Below the pieces are notes generated by a model. It was not told the DNA's origin, made no database searches, and saw only the letters and a program-made list of their open reading frames with translations. A program made the translations under genes and the position numbers. A stretch of 28,473 nucleotides of DNA from a virus (lineage: Duplodnaviria > Caudoviricetes), in the IMG/VR virus record IMGVR_UViG_3300030376_003823, positions 1 to 28,473 of that record, one strand, 5' to 3'. Positions 16,031-26,336 of the stretch are shown piece after piece. Every line of letters begins with the position of its first letter. The first letter of the stretch is position 1.

Positions 16031-18525
16031 TGCCTGTTATATCTCAATCAATACCCAATCTAATTAATGGAGTAAGTCAGCAAACAGCTACTCAGCGTAA
16101 TGTTACACAAGCAGAAATACAAGAAAATGCTCAATCAAGAGTAGTTGAAGGTTTATCAAAAAGACCATCATTAGATTATTCTGCAACATTAGATGCTAGT
16201 AATGTTTATCCAACAAATGCAGCAATTCATGGTGTTCAAAGAGATGCTAATAATGCTTTTATAACTGCTTTTACAAATCAAAATGTAAAAGTATGGAACT
16301 TATCAGGTGTTAATAAAACTGTAAGTTTTCCAAATGGTAATGCTTATCTAACTTCATCAAATCCTAAAGAAGATTTTAAATTTGTTTCTGTAGCAGATTT
16401 TACTTTTGTTGTTAACAAAGCTAAAATACCTGCGATGGCTGCAGCTACAAGCACTGCAAAAATAGAACGTGCTTTAGTTTACGTTAAACAAACTAACTAT
16501 GGTAGAAGTTATGAAGTAAAAGTTAAACACCCAAGCATGTCATATGAGATCGGTGTTGAGTTTCAAATGCCATCAGGTAATGATTATAATACTGATGCAG
16601 CATTTAGAGATACTAAAAAAATAGCAGATATACTTTGCTTTGGCACATCATCAACACATTGGAATGGATCTGCAGATGATATTGGTTTTAGAACTTACAG
16701 AACAGATACAAATGCAAATTTAAGTACATCAGAAGGACTTAAAAATTATAGTGGAATTACAAGTTATTTTACAACTACAATTTATACATCAACTTTAGAT
16801 ATTAAACCAACTGATGGAAACGCTAATTATACAATTGGTACTTCAGATGGATTTGGTGGGCAAGCTATGTATGTAGTTAAAGATGAAATTGCGGATTTTA
16901 CTGATCTTCCATTTTATGCCCCAACTGATGCTGTAATAAAAATAACAGGTGATGAAGGCGATACCCTTTCAGATTATTATGTAACATTCCAACAAGAAGG
17001 TATTTGGAAAGAAACTGTAGGACCGGGAGTTGTATTAGGATTTGATCCAGCAACAATGCCACACGCACTTGTAAATAATAATAATGGCACATTTACATTT
17101 AAACAATTAACTTGGGATCAAAGAATATCAGGAGATGCTAATACAAATGGTGATCCCACGTTTGTTGGTAAAACAATTAATAATGTAACATTTTATAAAA
17201 ATAGATTAGGTTTTTTATCAGGTGAAAATATTATCTTTAGTGAAAATGGTTCGTTTTATAATTTCTTTAAAACAACTGGCACTAACTCATTAGACACTGA
17301 TCCTATTGATATTGCAGCGTCGTCTACACAAGTTTCGACATTAAAACATGCTATGTCGTATAATGAACAATTACTTTTATTTTCAGATACTACTCAATTT
17401 ATTTTAAAATCAGATGAAGGAACATTAACTCCTTCTGGTGTATCAATAACTGCAACAACAACGTTTGAGCATAATGAAGCAATTGATCCAATATCAGTTG
17501 GTAACTATGCATATTTTATTCAGAAAAAAGGAAATTTTAGTGGTGTTAGAGAATACTACGCCGATAATGATACATTAACAAACGATTCAGTTGATATTAC
17601 AGCAGGTATTTCATCTTATATACCATCAACAATAACTTCAATGTTTGCGTGTCCAATGCAAGATACTATACTTATATTTCCACATGATACAAAAGTTGGT
17701 GAGTCTACATCTCCATACACAGTTGGAAGTAATGTTGCGCCAACTAATGCAAAAGAAATTTATGTTTATAAATACTTTTGGGATCGAAATGAAAAAATAC
17801 AAGCATCATGGTCAAAGTGGGTGTTTGATGGTGTAGAAATATTAGGTGGTATGGTTATTGAAAGTACCGTGTATTTAATAGCTAATGATTTGCAAGACTG
17901 TCGTTTATACACATTAGATTTACAAAATTTATCAGAAGATACTTTAACCTATAATGTAGCTTTAGATCATAAAGTTAAACTAACGGGATCATATAATGCT
18001 GGAACAGGTAAAACAACTTATACTTCTCCATATGGAGAACGTGCTGGTTTGTTTGCTGTTGATGCTGCAACAGGAATTGATTTAATATTAACAAATTCAG
18101 GTGCAACTTATTATGCTGAAGGTAATTATCCTAACGCAATATTTGGAACTAAATATACAACTAAATATCAACTTTCACCAGTATATATAAAAGAACAATC
18201 ACCAGGTGGTGGGCAGTTATCTGTAACTTCAGGAAGATTACAAGTACGTACTATTTCATTTGATTATGAAGACACTGGTTTCTTTAATGTTAAAATACAA
18301 CCAACAGATAGAGACTTAAGAACATATACAATGAATGGTCAGATTATAAATAATTCTGCATTCACAATTAATAATCCTTCTATTGTTTCAGGTACATTTA
18401 AAGTACCAGTGCAAGCAGAAAACACTCAACACACAGTAACAGTTGAAACCGATTCATATTTACCTATGCAATTAGTAGCAGCTGAAGTTGAAAGTTTTTA
18501 TCATAGAAGATCAAGAAGAGCATGA
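16030..18525 (+). CDS. gp12: Tail tubular protein B (T7 gp12-like)
   Basis: SQSIPNLINGVSQQ, GLSKRP, FYKNRLGFL, DPIDI, QASWSKW; 831 aa. Confidence 0.94.
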   Translation: MPVISQSIPNLINGVSQQTATQRNVTQAEIQENAQSRVVEGLSKRPSLDYSATLDASNVYPTNAAIHGVQRDANNAFITAFTNQNVKVWNLSGVNKTVSFPNGNAYLTSSNPKEDFKFVSVADFTFVVNKAKIPAMAAATSTAKIERALVYVKQTNYGRSYEVKVKHPSMSYEIGVEFQMPSGNDYNTDAAFRDTKKIADILCFGTSSTHWNGSADDIGFRTYRTDTNANLSTSEGLKNYSGITSYFTTTIYTSTLDIKPTDGNANYTIGTSDGFGGQAMYVVKDEIADFTDLPFYAPTDAVIKITGDEGDTLSDYYVTFQQEGIWKETVGPGVVLGFDPATMPHALVNNNNGTFTFKQLTWDQRISGDANTNGDPTFVGKTINNVTFYKNRLGFLSGENIIFSENGSFYNFFKTTGTNSLDTDPIDIAASSTQVSTLKHAMSYNEQLLLFSDTTQFILKSDEGTLTPSGVSITATTTFEHNEAIDPISVGNYAYFIQKKGNFSGVREYYADNDTLTNDSVDITAGISSYIPSTITSMFACPMQDTILIFPHDTKVGESTSPYTVGSNVAPTNAKEIYVYKYFWDRNEKIQASWSKWVFDGVEILGGMVIESTVYLIANDLQDCRLYTLDLQNLSEDTLTYNVALDHKVKLTGSYNAGTGKTTYTSPYGERAGLFAVDAATGIDLILTNSGATYYAEGNYPNAIFGTKYTTKYQLSPVYIKEQSPGGGQLSVTSGRLQVRTISFDYEDTGFFNVKIQPTDRDLRTYTMNGQIINNSAFTINNPSIVSGTFKVPVQAENTQHTVTVETDSYLPMQLVAAEVESFYHRRSRRA

Positions 18526-18992
18526 GTGGTTACGTAAGAGAAGCAAAACTAGAAGATGCTGTTTATTTAAGTGAACATATGCGTGATGAAGATATTAAAG
18601 AAATTAAAATATCACATAATGTTGAACCATTAGAAGGTTTACTATCATCATTTCAATTAAAAAATTCCAAAATATTTACAATTGTAGGTAGTAATAAAAA
18701 ATGTGTAGGTATGTTTGGTGTTTCTGATTGTCCATTTGAAAACAAATTTGGTGTTGCTTGGTTGCTTGCAAGTGATGATTTAAATTCAGACTCAAGACAA
18801 TTTTTAAAAGAGTCAAGAAGTTGGGTAAATTTATTAAACGAAAAATATGATTATATTTATAATTGGGTGCATCCAGACAATTGGGTAACATTAAAGTGGT
18901 TACAATTTTGTGGATTTAAACCAAAATCAAAACATCAGTATGGTGTTAACAATGAGGAATTTTTATTAGTTATGAGGGAAAAACATGTGTAA
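18522..18992 (+). CDS. gp13: Internal virion protein A-like (gp13), probable GNAT-fold protein
   Basis: MRDEDIKE, GVAWLL, YNWVHPDN..TLKWLQFCGF (GNAT-like C-terminal motif); synteny. Confidence 0.8.
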   Translation: MSGYVREAKLEDAVYLSEHMRDEDIKEIKISHNVEPLEGLLSSFQLKNSKIFTIVGSNKKCVGMFGVSDCPFENKFGVAWLLASDDLNSDSRQFLKESRSWVNLLNEKYDYIYNWVHPDNWVTLKWLQFCGFKPKSKHQYGVNNEEFLLVMREKHV

Positions 18993-19515
18993 TCCAGCAG
19001 CAATGGCTGTCGCCAATTTTGGTTTTAAAGCAGTAAGTGCATACGCAGAACATCAAGGTAAAAAAGATATTGCTAGAAAACAAGCTTTAGCAAATACTGA
19101 AGCTAGAAAAAGTGCAAACAAAGCTTACGGTGAAGATTTAACACGTATTGAAGCATCACGTATTGCAGAAAATGAAAAATTAGCAGCAGAAAAATTTGGA
19201 ATTAAAATTGAGAAAATGGATAAACTAGCAGAAGCACAAAACCGTGCTGGTGAAGGTAAAGGTGAAGTTGTTGCTTTATTAAGAGATATTGGATTTGATG
19301 CTGATTTTGATACAAATTTAATTCAATCAGGTATTGATACATCTAATCAACAATTTGATTTTGCAAGAGCAGATGCGTTTGCTGCAATGCAAAGAGTATA
19401 TAATAATTTACCTGCAGTAAACAAACCAAATATGCTTGATTTAGCTATTAAAACTGGATCTGCAGCAGTTGAGTCTACAACTAGATATAAGAAAGGTGAT
19501 TACGGTAAAGTATAA
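18985..19515 (+). CDS. gp14: Internal virion protein B-like (gp14)
   Basis: MCNP N-terminus, Ala-rich helical sequence, synteny. Confidence 0.75.
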   Translation: MCNPAAMAVANFGFKAVSAYAEHQGKKDIARKQALANTEARKSANKAYGEDLTRIEASRIAENEKLAAEKFGIKIEKMDKLAEAQNRAGEGKGEVVALLRDIGFDADFDTNLIQSGIDTSNQQFDFARADAFAAMQRVYNNLPAVNKPNMLDLAIKTGSAAVESTTRYKKGDYGKV

Positions 19516-20978
19516 TGGTACAATCAACATTTTCAGGTGTAAGACAAGTTTCAAATACAAATAGTCTTTTAGAATTAGCTAACACTTTAAATAATTATGC
19601 AACACCAGCACTTAATGAGTATGCTAGTTATAAAGGTAAAAAAATAACAGAAGAGACAGATAGAACGGCAGAACTAAAAGCAAGATCTACTTCTGCTAAA
19701 TCATATGCAGATGCAGTTGCTAATGGAGAACTTGATGGAACACAATCACCATATTGGCAATCAGTTTATGATAATGTTAAAGGTAAAAATCATGGTATTC
19801 AATTTGGTGTAACAAAAACAACAGCATTAAACGAATGGATACAAAACAATATTGCTGAAGATCCAAACTGGGAAGATAAAGATGGCACTCAGTTTTTTGA
19901 GTGGTCATCACAATATGATGTAGATTATTTTAAAAATACTCTTGAGAAAGAAAGTAACTTTTTTAAAAAAGGTTTAGATGGATTAGTTGGTCAAACAAAT
20001 GCAAACTTAGGTCAAAGTTATACTGCATACATTAAAGAACGCCAACACACATTACTTAAAAAGAATTTAGAAAATGTAATTTTAAATGCAATTGAAATGG
20101 ACATTAAAATATTTTCAACTGATGATGCAGAGCAAGTTGAAGGTAAAACTGTTGCTAATGAATTATATCGTGTAATTACTACAGAAGGATCTAATGCTAA
20201 ACTATTAGCTGGATTAAAAGGTGATGAATTTAATAGTATTGTTTTAGGTGCAGCAGAATCTGCAATAGCTAAATATGCTGTTGTAGGTGATCCAAATGCT
20301 AATTTTGATATGGCATTTTCTATATTAGATAAAGTAGAAGATTATAAAAGACCAAATGGATCAGATTTATTTAATTCTGAAAGTAAAAAACAATGGGCTG
20401 ATTTAAGACAATCACTTCATAGTGAGCAAGAAAGACACGAAGCTTTTTTAGAGCAAGAACGTAAAGAAATAATGCAAGATAAATTTATTACAAATAGTAT
20501 TAAAAGATTAAAAAACGGTTTTACTGGTGGTGCACTTGCTGGATATGATCCACAAGCACAAGAAAAAGCAGATTTTGCAGAAGATGCGTATACAAAAATT
20601 ATGCTTGATTGGGCTAGAGTAAATAATCCTGATTTAGATACAGACGAAGGTTTGTTACAAATGCAAAACTTCGCTGATGAGTTAGAAAATGAAATATCAG
20701 GTTATTATAAAATTAGGTATGGTGAAGATGTAAAAATATTTGATTTAAAAAAATATAGATATAAACACGAATCACAACGTATACAAAATATTCCATTACA
20801 ATTTTCAAGTAAAGAAGAAGCTGATTTACATATATCAATATTTAATGAAACAGGAAAAGGCATAATAAGAGATGTAATGGATTTATATGGAATTGAAGAT
20901 CCAAGAACACTTTTTGCACAACAACAATTATTAATGCTTAAAGCTGGTTGGCTTGCTGATAATACTACTGAGGAATAA
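19515..20978 (+). CDS. Internal virion protein C-like (gp15)
   Basis: Position and helical composition only. Confidence 0.65.
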   Translation: MVQSTFSGVRQVSNTNSLLELANTLNNYATPALNEYASYKGKKITEETDRTAELKARSTSAKSYADAVANGELDGTQSPYWQSVYDNVKGKNHGIQFGVTKTTALNEWIQNNIAEDPNWEDKDGTQFFEWSSQYDVDYFKNTLEKESNFFKKGLDGLVGQTNANLGQSYTAYIKERQHTLLKKNLENVILNAIEMDIKIFSTDDAEQVEGKTVANELYRVITTEGSNAKLLAGLKGDEFNSIVLGAAESAIAKYAVVGDPNANFDMAFSILDKVEDYKRPNGSDLFNSESKKQWADLRQSLHSEQERHEAFLEQERKEIMQDKFITNSIKRLKNGFTGGALAGYDPQAQEKADFAEDAYTKIMLDWARVNNPDLDTDEGLLQMQNFADELENEISGYYKIRYGEDVKIFDLKKYRYKHESQRIQNIPLQFSSKEEADLHISIFNETGKGIIRDVMDLYGIEDPRTLFAQQQLLMLKAGWLADNTTEE

Positions 20979-23900
20979 TGTCAGATATAAAATTACCAAA
21001 TTTTAGTGATTCACTACCTTTAGATAATGCTAATGAATTACCACTTTTTTCTTCAAAACTTGGTTTTGATGAAGACGAATTAAAAAAACAAAGATTACTT
21101 GATGAAGAAACAGAAAATGAATCTGGTTTTTGGAGTGATTTTTATGAAGGTGGTATAGGTGCTATTTCTGGATTTCCAAAAGGTGTAGAAGGATTAGCTG
21201 AATTTGTAAACATGACTATTAATCCTTGGATTTCACTTGGTGAAAATACATGGAACTATGTTAGTACAGGCAAATGGGATAAGGATTTAGTACATAAAGA
21301 ATACTTCCCTGAAAGTGGTGTTGATATAACACCGGAATTTTTAAGACCAGAAGAAAATACAGTTGCCGCATTTAATGCTGATGTAGTTGCTTTCTTTTCT
21401 AATTACGGATTAATTAAAAGTAGTTTAAAAGCAATTCCATTATTAGCTAAAGATCCAAAAAAATATTGGGGATTAGGAAAAGAATTATTTGTAGGTGCTG
21501 GTGCTGATGTAACAGCTTTTGATCCTGAAGATGGGACGGCTGTTGAATCATTACTTAGACTTTATCCAAGCTTAAAAAATCCTGTAACAGAATTTTTAAT
21601 AACTGAAGATGATTCAGTTGGAGTAATTAAATTAAAACAAGCTTTAGAAGGTGCTGGTATAACTGGTGGTCTTCATATTATTATTAAAGGTTTATCATTA
21701 TTTAAATCACTACATAGTAATGTGGTAAATGGCTTTAGAGCTAAAAGAGCACAAGAAAATGCTATTATGGCTGAAGCAAATAAAAAAGGTATTATTGCTG
21801 ATGATGCTGCAGACGCACAAGTTAAAATTGAAATCCAATCAAAAGCTAAACCAACACCAAAAACAAAAGTCAAAGAAGTATTATTAGATACAAAAGAATT
21901 AATTAAAAATATTTTAAATGCAAAAAATATTGATGATGTTGAATTACCTATAAACGTTAAAAACTTTAAATCACATAGAGATACACAAAAAGTAATTGAA
22001 GTTGTAGTTAAATCTATGATGAAGTCTCAAAAGAAATCTTGGGATGAAGTTATTACTAATAAACAAGTTGATGAGTTATCAGACATGATGGACATGGAAG
22101 CTGATGTGCTTGCCAAAGGTTTAACACAAACAGATAATGTTGCTGAATTACCATTTAGAGTTATTGCAACTAAAAAGGCATTACAAGGTTTAGCACTTGA
22201 AGCTAAAAGATTATCTAAACTTATTACACGAGGTGAAGCATCAATAAGTACAAAGACTGATTTTGCTAAAACACTAGCAATAATTGCCAACACTACTGAT
22301 GAATTAAAAACTGCAATACAAGCTGCAGCAAGAACTACACAAGCTGGCAGAATAAAAACTGGTGCTGCTAAAATAGATATTAATGCACTCAATGATATTG
22401 TTAAAAGTTTTGATGGCAACATAGATGAATTTGCAGCGCGTATGTCAAAAATTGATGATTTTTCTGCTATTAAGAAAATGGTAGAACGTTCATTTGCAAG
22501 ACGTTCTTGGGATGCATTTACAGAAGTATTTATTAATGGATTATTATCTGGTCCAATAACTCAAGCAATTAACTTAAGCTCAAGTTTTGTTGAAATGTTT
22601 TTAAGACCATTAGAATTATTGGCTGGTGGATTAGCAACATCATTTACTAGAAATGGAAGAAGATCAGTACGTTTAGCTTTTGCAAGATATAGAGGATTAA
22701 TAAAAAATATTGATGATACATTAATTTCTGTATGGAAAGCTTTAAAAGAAGAAGACTTAATTGCAGATAAAGGCGGAAGAATAATAGAACAGCAAGCGCC
22801 AAAAGCATTATCATCTCAAAATTTTAATATTAAAAATAAAACAGGTGCATATGTATTTGATTTGATTGCTAAAACATTAAGATTACCTTCGCGTCTTTTA
22901 GTTACAGGTGATGAATTATTTAAACAAATGAATTACAGAGGTAAGCTACATGAGCTTGCAGTACAAAAAGCATTAACAAAAAATCTTAAAGGTGCTAAAT
23001 TTGATTCATTCGTAAGAAACTTTGAGAAAAAAGGTTTTGATAATTTAGGTCGTTTTGTTAATGAAGAAGCAAAACAATATTCTCGTATATCTACATTTAC
23101 TGAAGATTTGGCTAATGGTGCACATATTGATTTTGGTGGTGCAATACAAGCAGGTGTTAGACACGCACCAGTATTAAAATTAATATTTCCATTTGTAAGA
23201 ACACCAACAAATTTATACAGACATAGTATGGCAAGATTGCCAATAACTGGTTTATTGCAAAAACGTAATCTTGAAATGTTAATGGCTGGTGGTGCTCAAA
23301 GATCTGAAGTTATTGGGCGTCAAATGCTTGGAACACTTATTTTCTATAAAGCATATGATGCAGCAGTTAATGGAAATATTACAGGAGGTGGACCAAAAAA
23401 TCCTACACTTCGTGAAGCATGGTTACTAACTCACAAACCATATTCAGTTAAAGTAACAAATGATGATGGTACCATTGATTGGGTACGATATAATCGTATG
23501 GACCCAAGATTTATGGTTGTTGGTATCATAGCTGACTTAGTTAATTTCTTTGATGAAAGTAATCCAGAAAAAGGAAAAGATATTGTTGCTGGAGTAATGG
23601 TTAGTTTAGCTAGTAACCTAGCATCTAAAACATATATGCAGACTGTAACTGAATTAGCAACAGCAATTGGAACTGAAAGTGAAACACGATTTGCAAATTG
23701 GAGAAGAAACACTTTACTAGGATTCGTACCAGGAAGTAGTTTTATGCGTCAAACAAACAATGACCAAGCAATGCGTGAAGTAAGATCATTAGCAGATGCG
23801 CTTGAAAATATTACTTGGGGTGATGCTGAAAACCTTCCACCAAAAAGAAATATGTTAGGAGAAGTACAACATAAAGCAAATGGTATATTTGGTTTTCCTA

Positions 23901-24412
23901 AACAATGGTGGGCACCAATAGTTGTTGGTAAAACAGCCACAACTAAAGATACAAAATTATACAATGAATTAGCTAAATTAGCAGCTACATCAAATACTGA
24001 TCCTGGAAAAGGTATTTCAAAACAAAATAAAAAAATATCAGGCACTAATATTGATTTAACTGACAAAAAATATGAGCGTAATGGTAAGTTACCATATGAT
24101 TTAATGTTAGAAGAATTATTAACATTTAAAATAAATGGATTAACAGTAAAAGAAGCATTAAATGCTACAATTAATTCACCTGAATATAAAGCAAATAGAG
24201 ACGTTCAACCAGGTTTTTTAAATGATGTTAAAGCACAAATGCTTAGAACTATTTATAATAAGTACAAAACAGAAATAAGAATTAAAGTTATCAATGCTAA
24301 TCCTGTACTTAAAAAGGATTATATGAAAACTAATATTGATAAGGCAAGATCAAAAACCATAATTAATGATGGTACGACAGGTAGCGGATTAGACCGCTTA
24401 TTAGACTACTAA
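20978..24412 (+). CDS. Large internal virion protein D-like (gp16)
   Basis: 1144 aa; INGLLSGPITQ, FPFVRTPTN, GNITGGGP, YNRMDP motifs recalled from marine T7-like internal proteins; synteny. Confidence 0.75.
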   Translation: MSDIKLPNFSDSLPLDNANELPLFSSKLGFDEDELKKQRLLDEETENESGFWSDFYEGGIGAISGFPKGVEGLAEFVNMTINPWISLGENTWNYVSTGKWDKDLVHKEYFPESGVDITPEFLRPEENTVAAFNADVVAFFSNYGLIKSSLKAIPLLAKDPKKYWGLGKELFVGAGADVTAFDPEDGTAVESLLRLYPSLKNPVTEFLITEDDSVGVIKLKQALEGAGITGGLHIIIKGLSLFKSLHSNVVNGFRAKRAQENAIMAEANKKGIIADDAADAQVKIEIQSKAKPTPKTKVKEVLLDTKELIKNILNAKNIDDVELPINVKNFKSHRDTQKVIEVVVKSMMKSQKKSWDEVITNKQVDELSDMMDMEADVLAKGLTQTDNVAELPFRVIATKKALQGLALEAKRLSKLITRGEASISTKTDFAKTLAIIANTTDELKTAIQAAARTTQAGRIKTGAAKIDINALNDIVKSFDGNIDEFAARMSKIDDFSAIKKMVERSFARRSWDAFTEVFINGLLSGPITQAINLSSSFVEMFLRPLELLAGGLATSFTRNGRRSVRLAFARYRGLIKNIDDTLISVWKALKEEDLIADKGGRIIEQQAPKALSSQNFNIKNKTGAYVFDLIAKTLRLPSRLLVTGDELFKQMNYRGKLHELAVQKALTKNLKGAKFDSFVRNFEKKGFDNLGRFVNEEAKQYSRISTFTEDLANGAHIDFGGAIQAGVRHAPVLKLIFPFVRTPTNLYRHSMARLPITGLLQKRNLEMLMAGGAQRSEVIGRQMLGTLIFYKAYDAAVNGNITGGGPKNPTLREAWLLTHKPYSVKVTNDDGTIDWVRYNRMDPRFMVVGIIADLVNFFDESNPEKGKDIVAGVMVSLASNLASKTYMQTVTELATAIGTESETRFANWRRNTLLGFVPGSSFMRQTNNDQAMREVRSLADALENITWGDAENLPPKRNMLGEVQHKANGIFGFPKQWWAPIVVGKTATTKDTKLYNELAKLAATSNTDPGKGISKQNKKISGTNIDLTDKKYERNGKLPYDLMLEELLTFKINGLTVKEALNATINSPEYKANRDVQPGFLNDVKAQMLRTIYNKYKTEIRIKVINANPVLKKDYMKTNIDKARSKTIINDGTTGSGLDRLLDY

Positions 24413-24436
24413 ACAGATACCTCTATAGGAAAAATA
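24411..24436 (+). promoter_or_regulatory. Phage RNAP (late) promoter, copy 2
   Basis: Exact copy of 11209-11234; fills the whole intergenic gap before the tail fibre (phi17-like position). Confidence 0.8.
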
Positions 24437-26008
24437 ATGGCAAACTCGTACGTAAGATACACAGGAAATGGAAGCACAACAGCTTTTAGTATTCCTTTTT
24501 CATATATAGACAGTACACATTTAGCATGTACTGTTGCTGGTGTTAGCACAACATTTACTTTAAATGCTGCTGGTACAACGGCGACATTAGGCTCTGCTCC
24601 TGCAAATGGCGCAGCAATTGAATTTAAACGAACATCAAGTCAAACAGCAAGACTTACAGATTATCAAGCTGGATCAGTATTAAAAGAAGCTGATTTAGAT
24701 AATGACTCACTACAAGGTTTCTTTATGAGTCAAGAAGCTATTGATACTGCAGCAGACGTTATTACAACTGATAATGCAGATTTTCAATGGACTGCTGGAA
24801 GTAAAAGAATTAAACTTGTTGCTGATCCAACAGGCGCACAAGACGTCGCAACAAAGAATTATACTGATACAGCAGCTACATCACAAGTAACTCAAGCAAC
24901 AACTCAAGCTACAGCAGCAGCAAGTTCTGCGACGAGTGCAGCTTCAAGTGCAACGAGTGCAACTGCATCTGCTTCAACAGCAACGACTAAAGCTTCAGAA
25001 GCAAGCACAAGTGCAACAAGTGCATCTACCTCTGCGTCGACTGCAACCACTAAAGCTAGTGAAGCATCTACGTCGGCAAGCAGTGCTGCATCATCTGCAA
25101 GTACAGCTTCTGGTCATGCAACAACTGCAACAACAAAAGCGAGTGAAGCAAGCACAAGTGCTACTAATGCTGCAACTTCCGCAACAAGTGCTGCAGCTAG
25201 TTATGATTCGTTTGACGATAGATATTTAGGTGCAAAGAGTTCAAACCCTTCAGTTGATAACGATGGTGCAACTCTAATTGATGGAGCAATTTATTTTAAT
25301 ACAACGAATAATGTAATGATGGTGTATGACTTAGGTAATACAACATGGCTTAGAACAACACCAACATCTTCAGATCAAACAGCAATTAATACAGTAAATT
25401 CAAATGCTACTAATATAAATACAGTAGCAGCTCAAAATTCAAATATTACAACTCTAGCCGGCATTTCTAGTGATATAACCAGTGTAGCTGGAATCGCAAG
25501 TGATGTTGCAGCAGTTGAAAATAAATTAACAGAAATTGAAGCAGTGGCCGATGATTTGGCAGAAGCAAGTTCAGAAATAGATTTAGTTGCTGGATCAATT
25601 GCTAATGTAAATACTGTTGGTGGTTCAATTGCTAATGTCAACACAGTTGGTGGTGCAATAGCAAATGTAAATACAGTGGCTTCAAATGTAAGTGGTGTAA
25701 ACAGTTTTGCTGATCGATATAGAGTAGGATCAAGTGATCCTTCTAGTTCACTAGATGAAGGTGATCTTGCTTTTAATACAACTTCAAACGCTTTTAAATA
25801 TTACGATGGTTCTGCTTGGCAGACTATAACAGCTGATACCGATGTTAAAACAAAAGTATCTTCTAATGATACTACTGCAGGATTTCTTAATGGAAAACTT
25901 GTAGCAGGATCAAACATTACTTTTACTGAAAATTCAGATGGAGGTAATGAAACATTAACCATTGCAGGAAGTGATAATTCAATCCCTTTTGCAATAGCAT
26001 TAGGATAA
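24437..26008 (+). CDS. gp17: Tail fibre protein (T7 gp17-like N-terminal anchor, coiled-coil shaft)
   Basis: YTGNGSTTAFSIPFSY...DYQAGSVLKEADLD N-terminal domain; QDVATKNY; FDDRYLG; Ala/Ser/Thr repeats; C-terminal AIALG. Confidence 0.9.
   Translation: MANSYVRYTGNGSTTAFSIPFSYIDSTHLACTVAGVSTTFTLNAAGTTATLGSAPANGAAIEFKRTSSQTARLTDYQAGSVLKEADLDNDSLQGFFMSQEAIDTAADVITTDNADFQWTAGSKRIKLVADPTGAQDVATKNYTDTAATSQVTQATTQATAAASSATSAASSATSATASASTATTKASEASTSATSASTSASTATTKASEASTSASSAASSASTASGHATTATTKASEASTSATNAATSATSAAASYDSFDDRYLGAKSSNPSVDNDGATLIDGAIYFNTTNNVMMVYDLGNTTWLRTTPTSSDQTAINTVNSNATNINTVAAQNSNITTLAGISSDITSVAGIASDVAAVENKLTEIEAVADDLAEASSEIDLVAGSIANVNTVGGSIANVNTVGGAIANVNTVASNVSGVNSFADRYRVGSSDPSSSLDEGDLAFNTTSNAFKYYDGSAWQTITADTDVKTKVSSNDTTAGFLNGKLVAGSNITFTENSDGGNETLTIAGSDNSIPFAIALG
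24971..25162 (+). repeat. Three copies of (A)xTATTKASEASTSA within the Ala/Ser/Thr heptad region
   Basis: Copies start at 24971, 25034 and 25118 (offsets of 21 and 28 aa); synonymous codons differ. Confidence 0.85.
25598..25681 (+). repeat. Three tandem 30-bp repeats encoding IANVNTV(GGS/GGA/A)
   Basis: Repeats start at 25598, 25628 and 25658. Confidence 0.85.
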
Positions 26009-26011
26009 CAC

Positions 26012-26329
26012 ATGGCAAATAATTTTTCACAAGCTGACGCAACTCTAGCTAATAATAATTTGACAACTGTTGTCTCTACTACTGGAAATAAACAAATCGT
26101 TATTGGTTTACTTATTTCAAACACAGGCACATCTTCTATTAATGTAGATGCTGTATTAAATGATGGATCTAACGATAGATACATTATTAAAAATGCACCT
26201 CTACCAACCGGAAGTTCGCTTGAATGTGTTCAAGGAAAAATAGTTATTCCAAGTGGTGGAGCAATAAAAGTTAAAAAAGATGCTGGAACAGCAGACGTGA
26301 TTGTTTCATTATTAACAGACGTAGCATAG
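26012..26329 (+). CDS. Small beta-rich tail-associated protein
   Basis: MANNF start, directly after the AIALG-ending fibre; YIIKNAPLPTGSSLE. Confidence 0.75.
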   Translation: MANNFSQADATLANNNLTTVVSTTGNKQIVIGLLISNTGTSSINVDAVLNDGSNDRYIIKNAPLPTGSSLECVQGKIVIPSGGAIKVKKDAGTADVIVSLLTDVA

Positions 26330-26336
26330 GAGACTC

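Noticed and set aside
24870-25700. CRISPR-like or DGR-type repeats
   Set aside because: Repeats are in-frame coding repeats with synonymous variation; no spacers and no reverse transcriptase in the window.
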